IMG/VR virus record: IMGVR_UViG_3300021124_000347
Coordinates: 1 to 28,366 of that record
DNA from: a virus
Lineage: Duplodnaviria > Caudoviricetes
Strand: one strand, 5' to 3'
Length of the DNA: 28,366 nucleotides
The notes under the pieces were generated by a model. It worked only from the letters and a program-made list of their open reading frames with translations, had not been told where the DNA came from and did not search any database. This document shows positions 17,063 through 25,048 of the stretch, in pieces (position 1 is the stretch's first letter; every line of letters starts with the position of its first letter). Both the position numbers and the translations under genes were made by a program.

Positions 17063-18278
17063 ATCTAGTACTTTTTGTGTAATGCCGCATATTGGGCTTG
17101 CTATTCAAAATAATGGTGATATCTGTGTATGTAATATTAGCAAACAAAGTTTGCGTGTTGAAAGAGATGGCAATACAATTGATAACCACAGTATTGATAA
17201 ATTTTGGAAAGCCGAAGACCGCAGTAATCTTGCACGTGATTTAGATAACGGCATCCGTAATCCTACATGCAGTGATTGTTGGGAACGAGAAGATACTGGA
17301 AATTTATCACCACGTCAACTTTTTAATGAAGCCTTTGGCGATCTTGAACCTGATCCAAATCAACCACTTGTTCTTGTGGTTAAACCAGGTAATGCGTGTA
17401 ATAGTGCTTGCCGTTATTGCAATCCAGCTACTAGCACTAGCTGGTATCATGATGCCTATGCATTGTTCACGGATAAAAAAGTTTCGTTTAAAGATTATAT
17501 CAAAAACTTTGAAACAATCAAAGATAGTTTCAACATAGGCAATCCTAACTTTTGGCCAGTAATTAGTGATTGGTACAAAAAATTACAATTCGTAGACATT
17601 TATGGTGGCGAACCATGGATGGTGCCAGGTTTATGGAAAAGTTTAAATGAAGCAGTAACCACAGGATACAGCAAAAATATATCACTACAACTGCATACCA
17701 ATGGCACTCATTGGAAACCAGAATATATGGATATCTTGCAACAATTCAAGTCAGTTAATATTGGGCTTAGCATAGATTCTTATATTCCAGAACAATTTAA
17801 TTATGTACGCCACAAGAGTGATTTTAATACTGTTATAGAAAATGCTAAGCGATTTATCAGTTATGTAAATGTTACAGAAAATATGAAAGTTTATGTATCA
17901 GTAACTATTGGCGTACTTAATTTATGGGATGTTGATAAGACAGTAGAGGGAATCGAAAGAGAATTAAATATACATGCTGGATTTACAAATTTTGTATATG
18001 ATCCAGATCACTATGATATACGTCACTTGCCAAAAATGGTAAAGCAAGCAGTGATTGATAAATTTAAATCTAAACCGTATCTTAATCCTATTATAAATTT
18101 TATGAATAGTCTTGTGCCTGGTTGTGAATTCTACTGGCCAAAGTTTTGTTTAGAAACAGAACAACTGGATAAAATTAGAAATCAAAATTTTTCCTTGACA
18201 TTTCCTGAATGGTATGAGATACTAAAACCATATTGGGATTATAAGAAACGTCATAGCGAATGGTATGGCACAGTTTAA
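17055..18278 (+). CDS. Twitch-domain radical SAM protein
   Basis: FCVMPHIG...ICVC and CSDCW; CxxxCxxC (CNSACRYC); GGEPW; TNG; SIDS. Confidence 0.9.
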   Translation: MNKSSTFCVMPHIGLAIQNNGDICVCNISKQSLRVERDGNTIDNHSIDKFWKAEDRSNLARDLDNGIRNPTCSDCWEREDTGNLSPRQLFNEAFGDLEPDPNQPLVLVVKPGNACNSACRYCNPATSTSWYHDAYALFTDKKVSFKDYIKNFETIKDSFNIGNPNFWPVISDWYKKLQFVDIYGGEPWMVPGLWKSLNEAVTTGYSKNISLQLHTNGTHWKPEYMDILQQFKSVNIGLSIDSYIPEQFNYVRHKSDFNTVIENAKRFISYVNVTENMKVYVSVTIGVLNLWDVDKTVEGIERELNIHAGFTNFVYDPDHYDIRHLPKMVKQAVIDKFKSKPYLNPIINFMNSLVPGCEFYWPKFCLETEQLDKIRNQNFSLTFPEWYEILKPYWDYKKRHSEWYGTV

Positions 18279-18283
18279 CAAAG

Positions 18284-18359
18284 GGGCTGGTAGCTTAGCG
18301 GCTAAAGCCGACCGCTCATAACGGTCTGATCATAGGTTCGAGTCCTATCCGGCCCACCA
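18284..18359 (+). tRNA. tRNA with CAT anticodon, probably Ile2 (lysidine) rather than Met
   Basis: Acceptor GGGCTGG/CCGGCCC, anticodon arm GACCG-CTCATAA-CGGTC, TTCGAGT T-loop, ACCA end. C4:G69 and A73 are Ile-like; initiator features are absent. Confidence 0.9.
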
Positions 18360-18364
18360 ACAAT

Positions 18365-18441
18365 GTCCGCATAGACCAACAGGTAGAGTCAAGAGACTTA
18401 AAATCTCTGTGTTGTCAGTTCGAATCTGACTGCGGACACCA
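18365..18441 (+). tRNA. tRNA-Leu(TAA) with short variable loop
   Basis: Acceptor GTCCGCA/TGCGGAC, AGAGA-CTTAAAA-TCTCT, variable GTGTT, GTCAG-TTCGAAT-CTGAC, ACCA. Confidence 0.9.
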
Positions 18442-18456
18442 ATCATAGGTATTAAG

Positions 18457-19104
18457 ATGCAAGATAAAGAATTAACTGTTATAGTATACAAACCAGGATA
18501 TGGTGGTCATTTTATTTCCAGCATTTTATCACTGCATGGTTCAACCTATTGTCCATATATGTTGAAAGATAATGAAAATGCAAGTCGCAAAGAAATATTC
18601 ACATTTCGTAATTTGCAAAAAAAATATGGAAATTGGAAAAACCACCATGATACACGACCAGTAACTGTTCTTAAAAATCATCATATTAGAAATTTTTACA
18701 AAGATTCAGATTACAAATCGTGGATAGTTTCTTTTCATCCTATTGAATATTATAACTACTTTGTTCAACAGCCAATCTTTAAAATTCAAAATAAAATGAA
18801 AAAAGTAAATTTTCTACACATTCATCTTAGTTCAAATTTAGAACATGTAATAGATAAATTTAAATTGAATAATAATAATTTTCCTGTATTAGGTGATGGA
18901 GAAAACGAATTAGATGAAAAGTTTATTAAAGAAAATAATCCATTTGTAATTAACTTTGACAATTTTATTTTAGGTGAAAAAACATTTATTGCTGAATATG
19001 AAAAAATTTGCAATCATTTACGATTACCTATACAATTAGAAGATGCGTTAGAGTTGTATCGCGATTGGTATGTAGAAAGAAAGTTTATAGAATTTTTGCA
19101 ATGA
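18457..19104 (+). CDS. Hypothetical protein, possibly P-loop/sulfotransferase-like fold
   Basis: N-terminal YKPGYGGHFISSIL and C-terminal FDNFI...EYEKICNHL pattern; the family call is weak. Confidence 0.6.
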   Translation: MQDKELTVIVYKPGYGGHFISSILSLHGSTYCPYMLKDNENASRKEIFTFRNLQKKYGNWKNHHDTRPVTVLKNHHIRNFYKDSDYKSWIVSFHPIEYYNYFVQQPIFKIQNKMKKVNFLHIHLSSNLEHVIDKFKLNNNNFPVLGDGENELDEKFIKENNPFVINFDNFILGEKTFIAEYEKICNHLRLPIQLEDALELYRDWYVERKFIEFLQ

Positions 19105-19352
19105 CTGAAACTTATAAAATTGATATTACACTGCCCGCTGCTCATGCCGCTTATGCTAAGTCATTTTGGATTGACAAGATGTATAAATGGTGTGAGGAAA
19201 ATAGTATTAAGTTTACGTGTAATCAATGGCCTTATGCTAATGAACAGCATGGTTGGACTAGTCAGTGGTTGTTTTATAACAGCGAAGATGCTGTGTTGTT
19301 TGGCGTGTATTGGAAAAACCATGATTGGGGTTTAGCCCATCATCCAGTTTAA
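19101..19352 (+). CDS. Hypothetical protein, 83 aa ('WC..F..DA..F...W' family)
   Basis: ATG 19101 (ATGA overlap); KWCEEN...WLFYNSEDAVLFGVYW. Confidence 0.7.
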   Translation: MTETYKIDITLPAAHAAYAKSFWIDKMYKWCEENSIKFTCNQWPYANEQHGWTSQWLFYNSEDAVLFGVYWKNHDWGLAHHPV

Positions 19353-20233
19353 TCTTCGATGTGTGATAGATTGCTTGGAATACTTGGATCATCTTCACCA
19401 GTGTGCAGCACACGATTAGTTAGCAATTCAACCCACATCTTGTTATCCTTTGCACCATTAAGTTTCCAGAAGTTAAACTTAATATTGCTTTGAATAGGAC
19501 GCACAAACATTGTTAGGTCTTTTGGCACTAGCATAAGTTGTGCAGTTGTGCGCATCATTTTCTTTTCATCTGCTAATCGCATAGCGTTTAGCTGCCAGTT
19601 ATCAACATACTTTTTAGTCAACCAGTCTATGAGTTGTGCTGGCGTTTCGGCATTATCTGCAACATGTTGCGCAATTAACAAACGACTGCGACTTGAAATA
19701 GCACTCATGCTTTCAGCATCATCTGCGCCATATTGATAACCTGCCCACTTTAACCATACACCATGATTGGTTCTGGCAACAGTTTGGTCACGTTCAATCT
19801 TTTCAATCTTGTATTTGTAATCTTTGTCTTCATAGCCGCCTGGTGCCCATGCACCTTCTAGTAGATAACAATCTTCGCGATTAAAAATAAGTGTGCAACC
19901 AGGCAATTTTTGTTTAATAAGACTCATGCATACTGCTTTAATATCAGTAAGTTTAAGTGCTTTCTTAATTTTAACACCATCTTTACTTGGTGTCTTAGTG
20001 CGAACAGTGATTTCTTTTTCATCATCTAACACCATAAGTGATGCAGATAAAACACATATGCCACTATCATTCATGCCTTCACAATACTGAGTGATATCGT
20101 CCCAAAAATAAAGAGTTTCTGTATTTTTATTTTGTTTTTTACGGAATGAAAGGTCAGGTACATAATTGCGGTCACGATTTTTAACCCCAACCCAACCAGT
20201 TCCACTAAAATATTTGGCGATTACTACACACAT
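19349..20233 (-). CDS. Ntn-hydrolase-like protein (NRDE/TANGO2- or C45-like)
   Basis: Cys at position 2 (MCVVIAK), KNRDR, EGMN, RTNHG; TAAATA 5 nt before the ATG. Confidence 0.65.
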   Translation of the reverse strand: MCVVIAKYFSGTGWVGVKNRDRNYVPDLSFRKKQNKNTETLYFWDDITQYCEGMNDSGICVLSASLMVLDDEKEITVRTKTPSKDGVKIKKALKLTDIKAVCMSLIKQKLPGCTLIFNREDCYLLEGAWAPGGYEDKDYKYKIEKIERDQTVARTNHGVWLKWAGYQYGADDAESMSAISSRSRLLIAQHVADNAETPAQLIDWLTKKYVDNWQLNAMRLADEKKMMRTTAQLMLVPKDLTMFVRPIQSNIKFNFWKLNGAKDNKMWVELLTNRVLHTGEDDPSIPSNLSHIED

Positions 20234-20297
20234 ATAGTTATTTAGGTGTCATATTGGTAATGGTAAATAGTAGTATAACCCAAAAGGAAAATTTAAA

Positions 20298-20912
20298 ATG
20301 GCAAGCATTGACCAACTCAAAGAAATCTTTCACGGCGCAAAAGAAGAAAATTTAGACAAATTTGTGGATGCGCTTAATGAAGCAATGCATGAATTTGAAA
20401 TCAATACCACTGCTCGTGAGGCAATGTTCCTAGCACAGTGTGGTCACGAAAGTGGCATGTTTAGTGCCGTAAGTGAAAACCTTAACTACAAGGCAGAAAC
20501 ACTCGTAAAAGTATTTCCAAAGTACTTTCACGATGTTGATCCAAACGACTTTGCAAAGCAACCAGAGAAGATTGCTAATCGTGTTTATGCATCACGCATG
20601 GGCAATGGTGATGAAGCAAGTGGCGATGGTTATCGTTTCCGTGGTCGTGGTTTAATTCAATTAACTGGCAAAAGCAACTATACTCGTTGCGGCGAAGCAT
20701 TAGGCAAAGACCTAGTAAATGACAGTGATTATCTATCAACACCAGAAGGTGCTGCTCGTTCGGCTGCTTGGTTCTTTCAAGAAAATGGTTGCAATGAAGC
20801 TGCTGATGCTGGCGATTGTGTAAAGGCTACTAAGATTATTAATGGCGGCACAATTGGTCTCGAAGAACGTGAAGCACTTTACAAAAAGGCTACCGAAGTT
20901 TTAGGTAATTGA
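20298..20912 (+). CDS. Glycoside hydrolase family 19 endolysin
   Basis: FLAQCGHESG, ENLNY, YRFRGRGLIQLTGKSNY, INGG; TAAATA at 20264-20269 and AAGGA SD. Confidence 0.93.
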   Translation: MASIDQLKEIFHGAKEENLDKFVDALNEAMHEFEINTTAREAMFLAQCGHESGMFSAVSENLNYKAETLVKVFPKYFHDVDPNDFAKQPEKIANRVYASRMGNGDEASGDGYRFRGRGLIQLTGKSNYTRCGEALGKDLVNDSDYLSTPEGAARSAAWFFQENGCNEAADAGDCVKATKIINGGTIGLEEREALYKKATEVLGN

Positions 20913-20916
20913 TGCA

Positions 20917-22164
20917 TTGACAGAATTTCCAATTAAGACCTCGACTGCATGTTTGCTTAAGTGGTCATGGAGTACTATTATGCTAAGTCGTTCGATGACA
21001 AGCAGTTGTCATCGAGTTGATCAGCTACCGCTTACCTTAGAAAATTTTAAAGATTTTCACAATCTTCCAAAAAAGATTGAAGATCGCACTAAAATGCTAC
21101 GTGGAGAACGTCCAGTAGGCGGATGTGATTATTGTTTTAAAATAGAAGATGCGGGCGGTACAAGTGACCGCCAACATCATTTAAATTTTAAGAATATAAC
21201 ACCAAGCGAGTTAGAAACAAATCCAACGGCTACACATGTAATACCTCGTATATTAGAAGTTTATTTTAACAATACTTGCAATTTAAGTTGTCTTTACTGT
21301 GGACCACATTTTAGTACAAAGTGGGAAAGCGAATATAAAAAATATGGCGCATTTGATAATACTAATTCGCTAAATTGGGACCATGAATGGGAAAACAATA
21401 AAAATTATGATCGTATGGTTGTGCTATTCTGGGAATGGATGCGAGAGAATAGTCATGAATTGCGCAAGTTTCATATTTTAGGCGGTGAACCATTTTTTCA
21501 ACCTGAATTTATAAATTGTCTTGATCATTTCGAAGAGTATCCTAATCCCGAATGTGAATTTGTAATTATTACTAATTTAATGGTCGATGATAAACGCATG
21601 GATTATTATATTGAGCGATTTAAACAATTAATTTCAAAACGTAAACTTAAAGGGTTGCAAATTACTGCAAGTTTAGACTGTTGGGGTCCGCATGCAGAAT
21701 ATATTCGCACTGGTTTAGATTTGGCACAATGGCAGCGAAACTTTGAAAAGCTACTGCAATTTAAATGGATAAGATTGCAAATCAACCATGCAGTATGCGG
21801 TTTAAGTATTAAGTATATGCCAGAACTACTTGAAAAAGTTGCTGAATGGAATAATATCAGACGAGTTTACCTATGCTTTATGTCAGTAACTGATCCTGCA
21901 TATATGCGTTGTGATATATTTGGTCGTGGATTCTTTGATGAAGACTTTGACAAAATTTTAAGATTAATGCCAAACACTGACTGGTTTGATGCCTCTATGT
22001 TAGATTATCTAACAGGCATTTTTAAACAAATATCTGCATCAGAAATTAATCTTGAAAGTGTTGCTAATTTAAAACGTTATTTGCAAGAAATTGACCGCAG
22101 ACGTAATACAGATTATCGCCCACTTTTTCCCTGGTTAGTAGAATTTTTTGAAAATAACACTTGA
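20917..22164 (+). CDS. Twitch-domain radical SAM protein
   Basis: ACLLKW...SSCH and GCDYC; CxxxCxxC (CNLSCLYC); GGEPF; SLDC. TTG start. Confidence 0.9.
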   Translation: MTEFPIKTSTACLLKWSWSTIMLSRSMTSSCHRVDQLPLTLENFKDFHNLPKKIEDRTKMLRGERPVGGCDYCFKIEDAGGTSDRQHHLNFKNITPSELETNPTATHVIPRILEVYFNNTCNLSCLYCGPHFSTKWESEYKKYGAFDNTNSLNWDHEWENNKNYDRMVVLFWEWMRENSHELRKFHILGGEPFFQPEFINCLDHFEEYPNPECEFVIITNLMVDDKRMDYYIERFKQLISKRKLKGLQITASLDCWGPHAEYIRTGLDLAQWQRNFEKLLQFKWIRLQINHAVCGLSIKYMPELLEKVAEWNNIRRVYLCFMSVTDPAYMRCDIFGRGFFDEDFDKILRLMPNTDWFDASMLDYLTGIFKQISASEINLESVANLKRYLQEIDRRRNTDYRPLFPWLVEFFENNT

Positions 22165-22189
22165 CAAAAACGAATAATATAAGTATATT
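22161..22189 (+). promoter_or_regulatory. Sigma70-type promoter for the tRNA cluster
   Basis: TTGACA-N17-TATATT, 16 nt upstream of tRNA-Val. Confidence 0.8.
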
Positions 22190-22205
22190 AAGATAATAAG
22201 AAATT

Positions 22206-22279
22206 GGGCGATTAGTTTAATGGTAAAACTCCGCTTTTACACAGCGGCTACGGCAGTTCGATTCTGTCATTGCCTACCA
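22206..22279 (+). tRNA. tRNA-Val(TAC)
   Basis: GGGCGAT/ATTGCCT acceptor (two G:U pairs), CCGCT-TTTACAC-AGCGG, TTCGATT, ACCA. Confidence 0.9.
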
Positions 22280-22290
22280 TTCTTATATAC

Positions 22291-22378
22291 GGACAGGTGG
22301 CTGAGAGGCCGAAAGCACTCGGTTGCTAACTGAGCGAACCGCAAGGTTCCGTGGGTTCGAATCCCACCCTGTCCGCCA
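22291..22378 (+). tRNA. tRNA-Ser(GCT)
   Basis: GGACAGG/CCTGTCC, CTCGG-TTGCTAA-CTGAG, long variable arm GAACC-GCAA-GGTTC, GCCA end. Confidence 0.95.
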
Positions 22379-22395
22379 TTTTTTAAGGGTATTAG

Positions 22396-22788
22396 ATGAA
22401 AGTTCTTTTTCTTGTTGAAGATATGCAGTGTATCAAAATTTTAGAGAACTTTCCGCAAGTTAAAATCATAACTGAGCGTGAAATTGCTGCAGATAGCCCT
22501 TATGCAGATGCACATCTAAAAACAGGTTATAGTCAGTATATTGTAAGTCGTGCAAGTAATCTAGCGAAGATTTATAATTTTAAACGACCTCTTGCTATGG
22601 TACTTTATCAAGATCATCAAGCTGCAGTAAGTAAAATTCCACATGATACAAGCGTTCGTATTGTGCATCACCCTATTCCGCGTCGTTTAACTGATAGCCC
22701 TACTTATAAGTGTGATTATAATTACCTTACAAGCGATTTGACGGAAAGTATTCTTCGTGATATCTTTGAACCACCAGTGGTCACGTAG
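22396..22788 (+). CDS. Hypothetical protein between tRNA-Ser and tRNA-Arg
   Basis: 130-aa ORF filling the gap; its TAG stop lies inside tRNA-Arg. Confidence 0.7.
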   Translation: MKVLFLVEDMQCIKILENFPQVKIITEREIAADSPYADAHLKTGYSQYIVSRASNLAKIYNFKRPLAMVLYQDHQAAVSKIPHDTSVRIVHHPIPRRLTDSPTYKCDYNYLTSDLTESILRDIFEPPVVT

Positions 22789-22855
22789 CACAACCGGATA
22801 GTGCAGCAGCCTTCTAAGCTGCAGGTTGATGGTTCGAGTCCATCCGTGATCGCCA
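22779..22855 (+). tRNA. tRNA-Arg(TCT)
   Basis: GGTCACG/CGTGATC, GCAGC-CTTCTAA-GCTGC, GATGG-TTCGAGT-CCATC, GCCA end. Confidence 0.95.
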
Positions 22856-22856
22856 A

Positions 22857-23858
22857 TTATTCTCGTTCTGGAAAATAATCTTCCATAACGCCTTCACGAT
22901 CTATATCACTTGTAATACAATGCAATCCACCGTCCCAAAAATAACGGTGTCTAAAATTAACAACATGAGCAGTAATTCCATATCTATCAAATACATCAAA
23001 CATTTCTTTGTTATAATTAACACATACTACATTTTTTTTGTCGATTACAAGCATATTGAGATCAAAGACAGTTTCGTCAATTTGTCCAACCCAATCGCTT
23101 AATTTACTTTCTACAAATTCAGTAAATTCATCATTTAATTCTTCGCCAGGCACCCACCATTTTCCACGGTTTTTTTCTTTTAATTCTATAAATGGCTCTA
23201 CCCTTTCCCAATTTTCATTAGGTTGATAAATTACTTCCCAATCAGGAAAATTTTTTGCATAATCTTGAATATCATAAAAACTTACGATTAAACCTGGCAC
23301 AATAGGACAAAAACATCCATCTAAATGACCTTCGGTATTAACTACATGACAGCGATAATCTGGAAATAATTTCATCCTAGCTGCAACATTTTCTATTGAC
23401 TCATTGGGTTCAGTTCCAAAATATAAATCTTTACCAATTCGTGAAATTGATGCAGAGTTTATGGCTTGATGCTCAGTAAAATAAATTTCATTGCCTGCGC
23501 TCTTAATATTTTTGATAGATTGCAAATAACTTGCTTTGTGTATACTTGTTTGATCAAAATAAAATCGATTACCAATCATTGCAGTATAATCACGAGGCGT
23601 CATTGGCGGTGAGTGATATGAACCATCTGGTTTTCTATAATATTCTATTGAATCTGCAATTCGTGGTCGCCAAATTTTTACATCAAAACTTTTTAGTAAT
23701 GCTATAAGTTTTTGATAATCTTCTTCTGTTTCGCTTGCAATTCTTTCCATTACATTTCTAATGCGTGGATTTGTAATATAACTATAAAATTGCGGTGGAT
23801 AAGAACGACCAACGATACATGTTTTTAATTTGTCCCAATGCTGGTATACATTATACAT
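22857..23858 (-). CDS. Amidinotransferase (glycine/inosamine-phosphate amidinotransferase-like, pentein fold)
   Basis: WDKLKTCIVG, MTPRD, GHLDG, FDLNMLVID and C-terminal GGLHCIT.D catalytic Cys. Start 23858 by TAATG coupling. Confidence 0.88.
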   Translation of the reverse strand: MYNVYQHWDKLKTCIVGRSYPPQFYSYITNPRIRNVMERIASETEEDYQKLIALLKSFDVKIWRPRIADSIEYYRKPDGSYHSPPMTPRDYTAMIGNRFYFDQTSIHKASYLQSIKNIKSAGNEIYFTEHQAINSASISRIGKDLYFGTEPNESIENVAARMKLFPDYRCHVVNTEGHLDGCFCPIVPGLIVSFYDIQDYAKNFPDWEVIYQPNENWERVEPFIELKEKNRGKWWVPGEELNDEFTEFVESKLSDWVGQIDETVFDLNMLVIDKKNVVCVNYNKEMFDVFDRYGITAHVVNFRHRYFWDGGLHCITSDIDREGVMEDYFPERE

Positions 23859-24361
23859 TACCATCTCCATCCAACTACTGCATCTAAATCACTTTTTGTC
23901 CAGTTTTTGTAGTATCCACGAATAGATAACATTTGGCTTGCTTTCCGTAATTTTTCTGCTTGTTGAATAATTACGATGGCATATTTATGATTGTTAAAAT
24001 GTAAACCAGCGATATTTTCTTTAACTTGTGGATGGTCTTCTAGTGCTAATAGTCCACTGTGTTGGTAGTAATATTCATTTACATAATCAACGCTTTGTGC
24101 AAACTTTTCAACATTTATATCGCTAGGATATATTAATACAACGCCTTCATATTTGTTATCCCAATTTGCATTGAACATTAACATATCTTGCACTACACTT
24201 TCACTGCCTAAAACAAAACGAATTTTGTTGTTTAAGAGTGCTGCTTTTGCAAAAGGACAAGGAGCAATATCATTTAAGTTTTTTTGCGGAACATCAAGGA
24301 AATTGATAATCCAATCACTTAAATCTTGCTTTGCCGCATCTAAATCTATATAATTAACCAT
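23858..24361 (-). CDS. Hypothetical protein with PCPFA motif (DUF1415-like)
   Basis: DWIINFL...PCPFAK...LEDHP; likely start MVNYIDL at 24361 (track start 24406). Confidence 0.65.
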   Translation of the reverse strand: MVNYIDLDAAKQDLSDWIINFLDVPQKNLNDIAPCPFAKAALLNNKIRFVLGSESVVQDMLMFNANWDNKYEGVVLIYPSDINVEKFAQSVDYVNEYYYQHSGLLALEDHPQVKENIAGLHFNNHKYAIVIIQQAEKLRKASQMLSIRGYYKNWTKSDLDAVVGWRW

Positions 24362-25042
24362 ATGAAGATTACTTATAGCCACTATTATGGCAGTCAAGAA
24401 AAACATAATTTACAGCTATATCATGCTAATTTACAGTGTGAACCACACGAAGAAGCGCAAGCATTGGAGAATGGTTGGCTATTATATAATGGCGAATGGT
24501 ATCAGTCACGCAGCACTCGCATTGTGTTAAAAGATTGGAAGTATCTGCAAACTGTTTATAACTATGAATTAAAATTTATAGATACGCCAACAGAAGAATA
24601 TAAAAGAGTGTGGGAAAAGTATCTTTATGATAAAAAATTTGAACCCCTATATGATCCATTTGTGATTAGTGAACGTGACCTATGGATGGAATATTATTGG
24701 CGTGGATGCACTTTTCCAGATAACTTACGTGGATTTACTAAGTTTGTAAAATATAATGGCGGATTAGAAAGTCAGTTCAATGCTTATGTAGTACATGTGC
24801 AGTGGGAATTTGGCGCAGAGATGTTGCATCACGAAGTTCAATATGCACAATCATTAGGGTTGCAACATCTGTATATTGGCAGTGGTTATGAAAAAAGTAG
24901 TATCTATAAAGCACATTTAAATGGATTCCAATGGTGGAATGGTGTAGAGTGGAGCGGTGATAAGAATGAGTATATTGAGTTATGTAAACGAGATAGCACC
25001 GTAACATCACTTGCAGATTTGAGCAACATAGCCAATAAATAA
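24362..25042 (+). CDS. Aminoacyl-tRNA-protein transferase-like protein (ATE1/Bpt family, GNAT-like)
   Basis: FGAEMLHHEVQYAQSLGLQHLYIGSGYEKSSIYKA parallels the ATE C-terminal pattern LG...L.EI..A..LG..Y.YLGY......M.YK; ALENGW parallels the ATE N-terminal region. Confidence 0.65.
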   Translation: MKITYSHYYGSQEKHNLQLYHANLQCEPHEEAQALENGWLLYNGEWYQSRSTRIVLKDWKYLQTVYNYELKFIDTPTEEYKRVWEKYLYDKKFEPLYDPFVISERDLWMEYYWRGCTFPDNLRGFTKFVKYNGGLESQFNAYVVHVQWEFGAEMLHHEVQYAQSLGLQHLYIGSGYEKSSIYKAHLNGFQWWNGVEWSGDKNEYIELCKRDSTVTSLADLSNIANK

Positions 25043-25048
25043 AAGAGC

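Noticed and set aside
20917-20945. TTGACA at the start of the fourth radical SAM gene as a promoter
   Set aside because: No -10 box at 16-18 nt; the TTG is best read as the start codon.
22857-23858. 7-deazaguanine (archaeosine) DNA-modification amidinotransferase
   Set aside because: The motifs are pentein-type rather than ArcS, QueF-like or Gat-QueC, and no dpdA, folE or que genes are in the window.
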